A stretch of DNA of 37,344 nucleotides from an uncultured Gammaproteobacteria bacterium (GTDB lineage Bacteria; Patescibacteriota; Microgenomatia; UBA8517): positions 1-37,344 of the forward strand of contig CAYNFU010000004.1 in assembly GCA_964396785.1 (NCBI GenBank), written 5' to 3'. Made by a program: the position numbers and the translations under genes. The number at the start of each line of letters is the position of its first letter. The first letter of the stretch is position 1. Below, piece after piece: positions 1-9,300 of the stretch. The notes below the pieces were generated by a model, which worked only from the letters and a program-made list of their open reading frames with translations, had not been told where the DNA came from and ran no database searches.

Positions 1-433
1 TAAACAGCGGATAAATTTCTGAATAATGATAAGTTCTCTCATATCTGTCATTTTCATTTGAATCGTGGATGATAACATAATTGGCGAGGTTGGCAAGTCT
101 TTTTACCGCTACGACCCTCTCGGAGTCGGGAGTCTGGTCAATCAAAACCACATCCCAGGGTCTGTCGATCTTGGCATCAGCGTAGTTTTCAACAAAGTTA
201 ATCTCGTGGTTGGGACATTCGTAGTGGTAGTCAATGAAGAATTGCAGCCAATTTCGGAAGTTCTCGTAGCTCACCAGTTTGCGGTTTGAAAGGATGCACT
301 GATAGTGCAGGTAGGGGGTAGAGAACACCCCCATCCCTAGCTCTAAAACGTCGCCCGTGGTTTTGGACATAGCTTTAATAAGGGCGGGCAGGTGAGTGCC
401 ATAGTTGCCTGATACGTTCATTCTATATGCCAT
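1..433 (-). CDS. Class I SAM-dependent methyltransferase-like protein, 3'-truncated by the window edge (missing from the ORF track)
   Basis: Hand translation from ATG at 433 gives MAYRMNVSGNYGTHLPALIKAMSKTTGDVLELGMGVFSTPYLH...WDVVLIDQTPDSERV...YVIIHDSNE..., open to base 1. VLELGMG is motif I, with acidic VVLID and IIHD strands. Starts 1 nt after the upstream GT2 stop. Confidence 0.7.
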   Translation of the reverse strand, partial: MAYRMNVSGNYGTHLPALIKAMSKTTGDVLELGMGVFSTPYLHYQCILSNRKLVSYENFRNWLQFFIDYHYECPNHEINFVENYADAKIDRPWDVVLIDQTPDSERVVAVKRLANLANYVIIHDSNENDRYERTYHYSEIYPLF

Positions 434-434
434 G

Positions 435-1346
435 TTATTTGTTTTCCTTGCGGTAGTTTACCAAAAGTTCCCGCCAGTTCTCAGGCCAGGTCGGCATGGG
501 CATAAATCTTTCCAATATCCAGTCGATATTATGGATTCTCTCAGCCCACTTGTCGCCCATCCAGTAGTGGGCAAAAAGGTTATATGTGTATTCGGTCTGC
601 GCGTTACTCATGTGGAAGCCCCGTCTGTTGGCGTCCTGGTGCATATGGGCATACCAAGTCTTTTTATTGACCATTATTTTGCCCTCCCACGGGCCCAACC
701 AAGTCTTGAGGGTCAAATAGACACTATCTTGGCCGTGTCCGAACGGGTCATAGTTAGGAAATCCGCCCAATTTATTCAGGAAGAAGTCCCTATCCACAAA
801 CCAACCCGATCCATGCAGCGAGAGGGTTTCATCAATCATGTATTTGGGCTTATTTTCCCTTTCTAGGGTTCTTTCCGGCCAATGACCGCCTGCTTTGAAC
901 CTAAACCCTTTAGGGTCGGTGAAAGGGCAGCATAGGTAGAAGTAATCATAGTGTCTGTCATCTTGCCAGGCCCATTTTATGGGGTCGAGGACGTAGAAAC
1001 GGGGAGTAACTATCCAATTATCCTGCATATCTGCCTGCAGGATCTCGTCAAAGCCTTTTCCGAACGTGCAGTGTGCGTCGGTCTTATATATATACTTACC
1101 CGTTGCCATAATCGCCAGGATATTGATCAGCGTTTTTAAACCTACGTTATCCGGCAACTTCACTGTCTTAAAATTTGGATAGTCCGGAAAGTCTTGATAG
1201 GCGGGTCCGTTGAAACCGACAATTACTTCAAACTCTCCCGTTGCTTTCTCGTAGATTTCCTTGACCGTCCTTTGCAGAACGCTAACGTCGGGAGAAACTT
1301 CAAAAATTTCGTTGCAGCTTGGTACGATGATTGATACTTTACTCAT
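435..1346 (-). CDS. Family 2 glycosyltransferase
   Basis: N-terminal VSIIVPSCNE, EVIV strand, KTDAHC at the DxD position. Clear paralog of 4714..5604. Confidence 0.85.
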   Translation of the reverse strand: MSKVSIIVPSCNEIFEVSPDVSVLQRTVKEIYEKATGEFEVIVGFNGPAYQDFPDYPNFKTVKLPDNVGLKTLINILAIMATGKYIYKTDAHCTFGKGFDEILQADMQDNWIVTPRFYVLDPIKWAWQDDRHYDYFYLCCPFTDPKGFRFKAGGHWPERTLERENKPKYMIDETLSLHGSGWFVDRDFFLNKLGGFPNYDPFGHGQDSVYLTLKTWLGPWEGKIMVNKKTWYAHMHQDANRRGFHMSNAQTEYTYNLFAHYWMGDKWAERIHNIDWILERFMPMPTWPENWRELLVNYRKENK

Positions 1347-1407
1347 GATGTTTTACCGTTTTCTTAAAGTCTGCGAGATTGGCCGAATTATAGAAAATAC
1401 CGCTCAT
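1339..1407 (-). pseudogene. 22-codon relic of a transaldolase N-terminus (MSGIFYNSANLADFKKTVKHHE*)
   Basis: ATG overlaps the upstream TGA (ATGA, 1404-1407). 11 of 15 residues match SGIFYDSANLVGLKK of the intact transaldolase near 11347-11391. Confidence 0.75.
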
Positions 1408-2231
1408 GTTAGTTCTAGGTATAGCTTTGAGATATTATCAATGTGGTATTTTTCTGCTTTTTTTAAACATACTTTCGCTATGTCGTTATATAAGGTGGGA
1501 TTACTCCTAAGCTCGTCTATTTTTGCCAAGCACTCCTCTGGCGTGTTCACTCCTATATAACAACCTTCAACCTCCTTAAAAGAAGGTTCGTCAAACATGA
1601 GCGCTATGGTGGGAACTCCAAAAGATGCGGCATTGGTTATTTTCAGAGGGCTGGATAGCTGTTTTTTCCAAGGTCTCCACTCAAGATGAATGTCGATGTT
1701 CTGGTGGAATTTCGCAACAGACGTCCTAGGGTAAAAATGAGACCATTCCAATAACTGCATACCCCTTTCGGCCAAGCCCTTCCTTATTACCTCCGGAATA
1801 AATTGAAACGCTGCGGGCGAACCAGTTACTCCCACTCTGGTTACTACATTCCTGACGTCTGCTCTTTTAGCCCTTTCAAAATTTAGGTGATGATGAGGAA
1901 TCGTAACAATCTTGTTTTTTATGTACTGGACGAGAACTTCAGTGGAGTGGTCTGAAATTGAAATACATCCTACCTCGGGGTACTTCCTTAAGGTGTGTCT
2001 AAGTTCAAAACCATCATGGATGTCTATGTACGAGTGTTTCTCGAACTTGTAATCTTGTCCGCGTCTAATCATGGGTTTTACATAAATGCAAATGTCGTTT
2101 TCGTAGCCGCTTGGGGGATTAAGCCTGGCATTGGGCATATAGGCGGCAAGCTGTTCACCACGAATTATTGAGGATACCCTCATTAGATGTCCCTTTGCTT
2201 CAAACGCTGGTTTGGCAAAAATACTTATCAT
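1404..2231 (-). CDS. Putative GT-B fold glycosyltransferase-like protein
   Basis: C-terminal LSSPLKITNAASFGVPTIAL...YHIDNI resembles the GT4-type donor-binding region. Start moved to ATG 2231 (ATGA overlap, GGAGG upstream). Confidence 0.6.
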   Translation of the reverse strand: MISIFAKPAFEAKGHLMRVSSIIRGEQLAAYMPNARLNPPSGYENDICIYVKPMIRRGQDYKFEKHSYIDIHDGFELRHTLRKYPEVGCISISDHSTEVLVQYIKNKIVTIPHHHLNFERAKRADVRNVVTRVGVTGSPAAFQFIPEVIRKGLAERGMQLLEWSHFYPRTSVAKFHQNIDIHLEWRPWKKQLSSPLKITNAASFGVPTIALMFDEPSFKEVEGCYIGVNTPEECLAKIDELRSNPTLYNDIAKVCLKKAEKYHIDNISKLYLELT

Positions 2232-2887
2232 TGTAAACCTCCTTGTTTCACATAAAACCAACTACGGTATCTATCCCGCTTTAACTCTCCGTGTCTGATT
2301 CCCATGACAGCGAAGATGGGTATCATCTGGTAACACCTTGCATAAGCGATTAGACATCTTTTTACATGGTTAAACTTTTTGTAAGAGTAATAAACGTAGT
2401 CATGTCCAGAGATAATTCCTCCCGGCCTGACTTTCCTGAACCAATACTGCAAATCCATAGCAAAGTTGGTAAAATCATGGTTGGCGTCAATATAAACGAA
2501 GTCTAGCGAATTGTCCACAAAGTCCGTAAGCGCGTCCATTGAGAACTTCCTTATAATCTTGTAGTTGTCGCCGAACGGAGTTAATCTTTTAACCGCTTCT
2601 TCGTAGCATCCTTCAAAATAGGTTTGCGGTAACTTATATGGGTTGTAGTCTTCATAACAAGTATTTGACCAGGGGTCGACGCCGAACATTTTTACACTAG
2701 GAATGGTCTTCATCATATATTCCGAGAACAGCCCTCTGTCTACGCCGACTTCCACGCCCAATTTGAAACCCAGTTCCGCAAAGAGTTTTATCAAATCGGC
2801 GCTTCCCTTCATCCCTTCAACGTCAACCTGGTGTTGCCTACCAATGTTTATCTTGTATTTCTTAATTATGTAGTCGAGCGTTTTCAT
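2228..2887 (-). CDS. Class I SAM methyltransferase (Methyltransf_24-like)
   Basis: GVEVGVDRG, GVDPW, LDFVYIDANHD, VRPGGIISGHDY motifs. Start at ATG 2887 overlaps the fnlA stop. Confidence 0.85.
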   Translation of the reverse strand: MKTLDYIIKKYKINIGRQHQVDVEGMKGSADLIKLFAELGFKLGVEVGVDRGLFSEYMMKTIPSVKMFGVDPWSNTCYEDYNPYKLPQTYFEGCYEEAVKRLTPFGDNYKIIRKFSMDALTDFVDNSLDFVYIDANHDFTNFAMDLQYWFRKVRPGGIISGHDYVYYSYKKFNHVKRCLIAYARCYQMIPIFAVMGIRHGELKRDRYRSWFYVKQGGLQ

Positions 2888-3906
2888 TTTGTAAGCCACT
2901 TTTTCCTCTCCTCTCTAATTTTAGGAACCGTTAAAAGCAGATCTACTGTTTGAGCGACGTCCAACCTTCTCGTATTCTCCGAGGTAAAAGGCGTCGGAAT
3001 CTCAATATGTTTCTTTTTATCCGAGGGAAGGTATCGATTGTAATCAAGCCCTTGGCTTTCGGGGGGAACGGCAAAGTAGTTCTCAAGGTCAAAAGCTCGT
3101 TGAGTCTCGCCTGAGGAAACAAGGGTTTCGTGTAGTTTCTCCCCGGGCCTTATTCCAACCTCGACATATCCTTTCTTGAAATTGAATATCTTGCACATGG
3201 CCTTCGCCAATGTTTCTATCGTGCAGGCGGGAGACTTCCGAATATACATATAGCCTCTCTCACCTTTAGCAAAGGCATACAAAACAAGGTCAATAGCATC
3301 ACCAAGGGTGAGAAGAAACCTTGTCATGCCAGGATGGGTAATCCTCAACTTCTCGCCCGCGTGAATCTGGGAAACAAAATAGGGAAGAACCGACCCTCTT
3401 GAATACATAACATTGCCATACCTAACCCCACAAAGGAGAGTGTTTATGTTTTTTGAAGAAGCAATCATAACTTTTTCCATAAGTGCTTTGGTCATTCCCA
3501 TGGCGTTAATAGGATAAACTGCCTTGTCTGTACTTAAAACTACCAAGCGTTTTACTTCGTGTTTAATGGCAAGGCTAATAACATTCGAGGCACCTAGGAC
3601 ATTCGTCTTAACAGCCTCAAGTGGGAAAAACTCACAGGCGGGAACCTGTTTTAAGGCGGCGGCGTGGAAGATGTAATCAACTCCTTCAACCGCTCTTTCA
3701 ACCGCCTCTTTATCCCTGACATCCCCTATAACAAAACGCAAAAGACTACTTTGATATTGATTACGCATATCTTCTTGTTTTTTTTCATCCCGGCTGAAGA
3801 TAATTATTTTCTTTGGACCAATGGGCAACAATTTATCTGTAAGGGTGTTACCAAACGACCCTGTTCCTCCTGTTATTAAAATAGTTTTACCTTTTAGGTG
3901 TTTCAT
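2884..3906 (-). CDS. fnlA: UDP-GlcNAc 4,6-dehydratase/5-epimerase, FnlA/CapE/WbjB type
   Basis: TGGTGSFG, IFSRDEKKQEDMR, FHAAALKQVPACEFFP, STDKAVYPINAMGMTKALMEK, RYGNVMYSRGSV, GIRPGEKLHE. Confidence 0.88.
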   Translation of the reverse strand: MKHLKGKTILITGGTGSFGNTLTDKLLPIGPKKIIIFSRDEKKQEDMRNQYQSSLLRFVIGDVRDKEAVERAVEGVDYIFHAAALKQVPACEFFPLEAVKTNVLGASNVISLAIKHEVKRLVVLSTDKAVYPINAMGMTKALMEKVMIASSKNINTLLCGVRYGNVMYSRGSVLPYFVSQIHAGEKLRITHPGMTRFLLTLGDAIDLVLYAFAKGERGYMYIRKSPACTIETLAKAMCKIFNFKKGYVEVGIRPGEKLHETLVSSGETQRAFDLENYFAVPPESQGLDYNRYLPSDKKKHIEIPTPFTSENTRRLDVAQTVDLLLTVPKIREERKKWLTK

Positions 3907-4717
3907 AGAAATTCCTATTCTTGATATATTCTGCTAGTTCTCCAACCATCTGTTCTATTGATAAAGGAGATTTATAGCCCATATCCTTCCATAGGCCGTT
4001 ATTAACCTCACCGTGTATCGTATGTAAAGACCTGTTAATTCCAACGTCTGTTTGAAACTCTTTAATACGAATATCCTTCCTATCGAATTTATCGGCAAAG
4101 ATTGTAAGCAGCTCATGTTTGCTTACGATATCTGCGGGAACGAAATGAAGATGGTTTGGAATACGTCGCTTTTTCTTTATGAGTGCGTAACACAATTTCG
4201 CAAAGTGCAAGGTCGTTATACCATTCCAAAAGTGATAAACATAACCTTTTACGGTTGCCCTCTTTTTCTGAGATAAAAACCATTCAAGTAGAGAAACTTT
4301 ACTATTGCGGTCAGGACCGACGATGGAAGTCCGGATGTTATAAAAATTCTTTGCTTCAACTTCTCCAAGACTGCTCGTTTTTCCGTAAATATCTGTGGGG
4401 TCAAATTCGTCATCTTCTGTATAATTTCCTTTTCTACCTGAATAAACACAATCGGTGGCTATCTGAATAATTTTGGCTCTGGGAGCTTTCTCGGCAATCG
4501 TATAAGGAAAAAGTGAGTTAATGAGTATCGCTTTCTTCGGGTCGGTCAGTTTCTGCTTTATTATTCCTATGCAGTTTATTATGTAGTCGTACTTATCAAA
4601 ACGGACTTTGTCTAAATCTTTCCTTAAAGGCGCGGTTATGTCCAAGCTCTTTGTGGAAAGATAGTCCAAGACCATTGACCCCAACATCCCTGTAGAACCT
4701 AATATGAGAACTTTCAT
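3887..4717 (-). CDS. RmlD-like NDP-4-keto-6-deoxyhexose reductase (SDR)
   Basis: MKVLILGSTGMLG, INCIG, IATDCVYSG, YGKTS (YxxxK position altered to S), RTSIVG. Start 4717 by ATGA overlap. Confidence 0.82.
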   Translation of the reverse strand: MKVLILGSTGMLGSMVLDYLSTKSLDITAPLRKDLDKVRFDKYDYIINCIGIIKQKLTDPKKAILINSLFPYTIAEKAPRAKIIQIATDCVYSGRKGNYTEDDEFDPTDIYGKTSSLGEVEAKNFYNIRTSIVGPDRNSKVSLLEWFLSQKKRATVKGYVYHFWNGITTLHFAKLCYALIKKKRRIPNHLHFVPADIVSKHELLTIFADKFDRKDIRIKEFQTDVGINRSLHTIHGEVNNGLWKDMGYKSPLSIEQMVGELAEYIKNRNFYETPKR

Positions 4718-5604
4718 TGTTGCGAGTTTGCCCAGACTTCCTTCCAGTTCTTTTCCCATGTCGGCATGCCCGGAAACTTCTTTTCAACCAACCAAGCAAT
4801 ATCGTGAATGCGCTCTTTCCAGCGATTGTTCATCCAATACTCAGCCGACCAATTGGTGCTGTTGATAAAACTTTGATTTTCCTTCCGGCTTATATGATAC
4901 ATTCTTCCATAATGCTTGCCTTTATGAAGATGGGCATACCAGGTTTTCTTGTTCACCTTCAATGCTCCGCCGCCAAGCCACGTTTTGTTGCCTATTTCCT
5001 GGGATTCTTGGGAAAACTGTCCGTAACCTTCTTCGCTTAAGCCATGCAAGAAGTTGTCGAAGTGATTTTTGGTCATAAACCAACAAGAGCCCTGCATGCT
5101 TGGAGTGTCGTCAATATCATATTTCGGTGCTGTTCGCTTTCTTTGTCTGTCCCACCACTCAACTCCATGCATTCCGTCGTCGTGGGCTTTGCCTTTTTGA
5201 GGATAACAAAGAAATAAATAATCTCTATACGGTCTTGTCTTGTTTATTTTCCAGTTTTCAGCATCTAATGAGTATCTGCGGGGGATTTGTACCCAATTGT
5301 CTTTAAGATGATTTTTGATTAATACTTTGTCAAAGCCGGGGGCAAACATACAATGGTCGTCTGTTTTCATTATGTATTTGCCCTTGGCCAAGGCCACAGC
5401 CGCATTTATTCCCCACCTCATGCCTTTTACGGAACCTGGATGAATATAGGTAACTCTCTTATCTTCTACCAGTGGATCAGGCCAATTCTCACCTACGGTT
5501 ACGATTACTTCAACAAAGGTAGCCACCTTTTCCAATACATCTTGGATTGTTTTTGTTGTAAAGGGACTATTTCTATTGGGTATGATTACAGATAATACCG
5601 GCAT
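4714..5604 (-). CDS. Family 2 glycosyltransferase
   Basis: LSVIIPNRN, KYIMKTDDHC, QGSCWF, KKTWYAHLH. Confidence 0.85.
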   Translation of the reverse strand: MPVLSVIIPNRNSPFTTKTIQDVLEKVATFVEVIVTVGENWPDPLVEDKRVTYIHPGSVKGMRWGINAAVALAKGKYIMKTDDHCMFAPGFDKVLIKNHLKDNWVQIPRRYSLDAENWKINKTRPYRDYLFLCYPQKGKAHDDGMHGVEWWDRQRKRTAPKYDIDDTPSMQGSCWFMTKNHFDNFLHGLSEEGYGQFSQESQEIGNKTWLGGGALKVNKKTWYAHLHKGKHYGRMYHISRKENQSFINSTNWSAEYWMNNRWKERIHDIAWLVEKKFPGMPTWEKNWKEVWANSQQ

Positions 5605-5654
5605 TTAATTTTCCTTATTATATCTAATCTCAAGAAGATTTCTAGAAGCGATAG

Positions 5655-6329
5655 TTATGCCCAACTTGCTGCATTTCGAACAACCAGGAGTTTGTCGTCA
5701 CGATATCGTCTGCCGTTACTAGCCCTAAGCGATATTAAGTGTGTATCGAATTGCCTAAGCTTTTTTTCGATACCCAGATCAATAACGTCCTCAATGACAT
5801 AAACAACGTCCTTTTTAACTAGGGGCATTAATCTTAAACAAGTAGAAATCTGATCTTGGGGGAGATGACTGCCGTCATAAATTAAAAGATCAATATTTGC
5901 GCCTGTAGTTTCAATAAGATTTGTAAGATCTCCCTTTTTTGATTGATCAGCCAAAACTGTTTTTATCCTTCCATCTTGAAACATCACTTGAGGGTCAACA
6001 TCGGCCCCATAAATTTTGGCGAAAGGGAAAAAATCCTTCCACATATAAAGACTCGGTCCAGTTATGTGTTGAAAGTGAGACCCCGGTCTTTTTATCTTAA
6101 CTCCAATCTCAAGAACTTTTCCAACAGACCATCGTTGTGAGTTTAGTAAATCATAATAAAATGATGTAAAGGGGTGCTTAATTTTCTCGCATTTGTCAGT
6201 TCTGTATTTGAAAGCAAGCTTACAAAGTGGCGTTTCCTCAGCTGGAACCTGATAACCCATTCCAGCAATATTAGCTAGAGTATATTTGTCTAAGACAGCG
6301 TTTATAGTGTTTTTGGTGGCTTTATTCAT
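5655..6329 (-). CDS. Sugar O-methyltransferase-like protein (MycE/TylE-like class I SAM fold)
   Basis: YRTDK, VLEIGV, SLYMWKDFFPFAKIYGADVD, ADQS, DLLIYDGSH, YVIEDV. Confidence 0.75.
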   Translation of the reverse strand: MNKATKNTINAVLDKYTLANIAGMGYQVPAEETPLCKLAFKYRTDKCEKIKHPFTSFYYDLLNSQRWSVGKVLEIGVKIKRPGSHFQHITGPSLYMWKDFFPFAKIYGADVDPQVMFQDGRIKTVLADQSKKGDLTNLIETTGANIDLLIYDGSHLPQDQISTCLRLMPLVKKDVVYVIEDVIDLGIEKKLRQFDTHLISLRASNGRRYRDDKLLVVRNAASWA

Positions 6330-6376
6330 TTAGTAAAATACTAGCACAGTCTAAATAAAAATTCACTCTCTCTATT

Positions 6377-7069
6377 CTATCTATAATTAAAGTTTCTAGT
6401 CTTGAGAATGTTTCCAACCCTAACTAAGTCACGGGGTGTCGTAAGATCTCCAATAAAGCTCCGAGAGTTTACAGGAAATACTTTATAGTCGCGGACGAAT
6501 AACCCAACCATTGTACTTAAATAATACTCACCCCTTGTAAGTTCCAGAGTGTAATTAAAAATATCTGTATTTAACACCATCACCCCGTCAACGGCCAAGT
6601 TGAATTTGGGGTTTTTTGGCTTCTCAATAATTTTTTTAATCGTACCGTCTTTTCTCAAATAAACCATCCCGTGAGCTTGAGGATTGCGCGATTTAAAAAC
6701 CAGAATACTCAAATCTTTAGTTAAACAATTTTTAACATCTTTGGGGTTCGGAATTTCATCGCCATAAACAAAAAGAAATCTTTCGTTGCCTAGGTATTTC
6801 TTCGCAGCCATAAAACTATATGCGCTTCCTTTATCAGACCCCAAAACATATCTGATGCTCCTGTCGCGGTTTTTCTTGCCTATATATTTTTTTATTTGAC
6901 TACCAAGATATTTGACCACAATAATAACTTCATCGATCTCGGGGCCTAAAGACTCTAAAACATAATCAATTATCGGTTTGCCGTTCACTTTAAGAAGGGG
7001 TTTTGGAGTTCTTAGCGTTAGGGGTTTCATCCTTTCTCCCTTACCCGCAGCAAGTATCACCGCCTTCAT
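6377..7069 (-). CDS. Sugar-1-phosphate nucleotidyltransferase (candidate HddC-type heptose guanylyltransferase by context)
   Basis: MKAVILAAGKGERMKPLTLRTPKPLL, YGD, IIEKP. Start 7069 by ATGA overlap. Nucleotide specificity cannot be read from the sequence. Confidence 0.85.
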   Translation of the reverse strand: MKAVILAAGKGERMKPLTLRTPKPLLKVNGKPIIDYVLESLGPEIDEVIIVVKYLGSQIKKYIGKKNRDRSIRYVLGSDKGSAYSFMAAKKYLGNERFLFVYGDEIPNPKDVKNCLTKDLSILVFKSRNPQAHGMVYLRKDGTIKKIIEKPKNPKFNLAVDGVMVLNTDIFNYTLELTRGEYYLSTMVGLFVRDYKVFPVNSRSFIGDLTTPRDLVRVGNILKTRNFNYR

Positions 7070-8211
7070 TGTTTTAATAACTTCTGCTTTCGCATCGTGG
7101 TGTATGTCTTTTTCCAATAGTTTATGGCTTCAGGATAACTTCGGACCCAGTTAACATACTCCCTCACACTATCTTCCAACGTACGCTTTGGCAACCAGCC
7201 GAGTTTCTTAAGCTTATCGATATTCATTTTTGAATTACGTGGGGAGTTAATTCTGAACTCTCCGGTAGGTTCTAGTTTAGAGGGAGTCCCAGTAACCCTG
7301 CAAACGGTTCTGGCTAATTCAATCACGCGGGTTTCTTTACCACTTCCCACATTGAATACTTGATAGTCGGCCTTTTTGTTTCGCAGTACAAGCAGGTGTG
7401 CGTCTACGACGTCGTGTACATTCACGTAGTCGCGAATCTGCCCCGCATCCTCCTGCATCACTATCGGAAGCCCCGCGAGAGCCCTGACGCAAAAGTCTCT
7501 TAGGGCTCCCGAATAAAAGTGCCTGAAAGATTGCCGGGAACCCTGAACAATGGAATAACGTAGGGCCACGGTAGGTATCCTGTAGGTTTTAGCGAGTGTA
7601 AGACATAACTTTTCAGAAGCAACTTTCGATATGGCATACGGAATTTGCGGTCGGAACTCATCTGTTTCTTCTTCAGGCAAGATTTTTGCAATTTTATTAT
7701 CCCTAGGACAGACTACCTCCCACTGATGCTTCGTGAGTTGAGATTCACTCCTGGGCTCGGCATAAAATACTCCGTGCTTGGTACACAAATATTTGCCTTC
7801 ACCATATGGAGATTGAGAAGAGGCGACTATGATCTTTTTAACCGGAAGTTTATTCTGAACAACAATCTCATAGAGTAGAGCCGTACTCTTAACGTTCACT
7901 TCAAAATACTTGCTAAAATCCAAGTGATAGTCCATATAAGAGGCCAAATGGAAAACATAATCAACTCCTCTGAGCGCTCTAATCCAGTCTTTCTTTTTTC
8001 TCACATCCCCTTTCATAAATTCTGCCTTTTTATTAAACCAGTCAGGGAGTTTGCCGTTGTGGGTGGGAGCAGAAAGATTGTCCAAAACGCGTACCCGGTA
8101 GCCTTTATCAATTAGACTGTCCACAAGATGGCCGCCAATAAAACCCGCCCCTCCGCTGACCAATGCCACCCTTTTTTGCTTCATATTTTGTATGACATTT
8201 TCCATTTCCAT
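7066..8211 (-). CDS. NAD-dependent nucleotide-sugar epimerase/dehydratase (extended SDR)
   Basis: GGAGFIG, VFHLA, ASS, YAISK, RDYVNVHD, FNVGSG. The start could be a slightly downstream Met. Confidence 0.9.
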   Translation of the reverse strand: MEMENVIQNMKQKRVALVSGGAGFIGGHLVDSLIDKGYRVRVLDNLSAPTHNGKLPDWFNKKAEFMKGDVRKKKDWIRALRGVDYVFHLASYMDYHLDFSKYFEVNVKSTALLYEIVVQNKLPVKKIIVASSQSPYGEGKYLCTKHGVFYAEPRSESQLTKHQWEVVCPRDNKIAKILPEEETDEFRPQIPYAISKVASEKLCLTLAKTYRIPTVALRYSIVQGSRQSFRHFYSGALRDFCVRALAGLPIVMQEDAGQIRDYVNVHDVVDAHLLVLRNKKADYQVFNVGSGKETRVIELARTVCRVTGTPSKLEPTGEFRINSPRNSKMNIDKLKKLGWLPKRTLEDSVREYVNWVRSYPEAINYWKKTYTTMRKQKLLKQ

Positions 8212-8219
8212 GGTTAATA

Positions 8220-8248
8220 TTGCAAGAGGGAACTTAAATCTATATGAT
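8220..8248 (+). promoter_or_regulatory. Sigma70-type promoter for hddA, probably leaderless
   Basis: TTGCAA(8220-8225), 17 bp, TATGAT(8243-8248); ATG follows after 5 nt. Confidence 0.55.
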
Positions 8249-8253
8249 GAGGC

Positions 8254-9240
8254 ATGATTTTTGTCAGGGCACCTTTTCGCATTCCTCTTGGGGGGGGTGG
8301 AACAGATCTCCCGTCTTACTATTCAAAATTCGGCGGCGCTTTAATTTCGGCAGCTATCAACCGTTATATGTTTATAACAATAAATAGACTGATTGTGGAA
8401 AAACAGATAAGAGTAAAGTACGCTCAAACGGAAATTGTTAACCATGTTCGCGAAGTGAAACACGACTTGGTTAGAGAAGCCCTGCGACTGACCAATATCA
8501 CAGATTCTATCGAAATTAATTCAGTTGCCGACCTTCCCGCGGGCGTTGGAATGGGCTCCTCGGGAAGCTACCTGGTAGCCCTTTTAAAAGCCCTTCATAC
8601 GCTTAAAAACGAATATGTCTTAACAAAAGACCTCGCCGAAGAAGCTTGTAAAATTGAAATAGAGAAACTGGGCAGGCCCGTCGGAAAACAGGATCAGTAT
8701 ATTGCAGCTTTCGGCGGTATTACCAAGCTTAATATAAGAAAAAATGGGGGAGTTAGAGTGAAACGCTTAGCTCTAAAGCCGGCTTTTGTCAGAGATTTGG
8801 AAAATAGCCTTCTAATTTTTTATACAGGCATAAAGCGTGAGGAAAAACAAATACTAAAAAAGCAGAATAAGGCAACCCGCCACAACAATAAAAGAGTTAT
8901 AGAGAACTTGCATCTTATCAAGTCCATTGGCCTTAAGATTGAGAGGGCTTTAATCAGGAATGATATTGATGCTTTCGGCAGGCTAATGCACGAGCATTGG
9001 ATGGCCAAACGCAATCTGTCCTCAGGGGTAAGTTCTTCCCGAATCGACCATCTCTACCAATTGGGTATCAAAAACGGGGCTTTAGGTGGTAAAATTATGG
9101 GAGCCGGAGGAGGAGGTTTTCTTCTTTTCTGCTGCCCCGAGGGCAAGACACAAGTTAGAAAAGCCATAGAGAAAGAGGGCCTAACTGAGCTGTTTTTCCA
9201 TTTTGACATGGAAGGAACAAAAGTTATCGCCGATTTCTGA
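8254..9240 (+). CDS. hddA: D-glycero-alpha-D-manno-heptose-7-phosphate kinase (GHMP family)
   Basis: RAPFRIPLGGGGTD, PAGVGMGSSG, GKQDQY, GGKIMGAGGGG; lies next to gmhA and gmhB. Confidence 0.88.
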   Translation: MIFVRAPFRIPLGGGGTDLPSYYSKFGGALISAAINRYMFITINRLIVEKQIRVKYAQTEIVNHVREVKHDLVREALRLTNITDSIEINSVADLPAGVGMGSSGSYLVALLKALHTLKNEYVLTKDLAEEACKIEIEKLGRPVGKQDQYIAAFGGITKLNIRKNGGVRVKRLALKPAFVRDLENSLLIFYTGIKREEKQILKKQNKATRHNNKRVIENLHLIKSIGLKIERALIRNDIDAFGRLMHEHWMAKRNLSSGVSSSRIDHLYQLGIKNGALGGKIMGAGGGGFLLFCCPEGKTQVRKAIEKEGLTELFFHFDMEGTKVIADF

Positions 9241-9258
9241 TTGATATGGAACTTGAGC

Positions 9259-9288
9259 TTGACAACTTAATAAAGAAAACTATATATT
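9259..9288 (+). promoter_or_regulatory. Sigma70-type promoter upstream of the HD gene and gmhB
   Basis: TTGACA(9259-9264), 18 bp, TATATT(9283-9288), 12 nt before ATG 9301. Confidence 0.5.
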
Positions 9289-9300
9289 TCGCAAAAGAAT

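Noticed and set aside
65-1560. Plus-strand ORFs 65..289, 405..866, 951..1139, 1261..1560 and similar short ORFs opposite recognised genes throughout
   Set aside because: They overlap well-supported opposite-strand genes and show no motifs.
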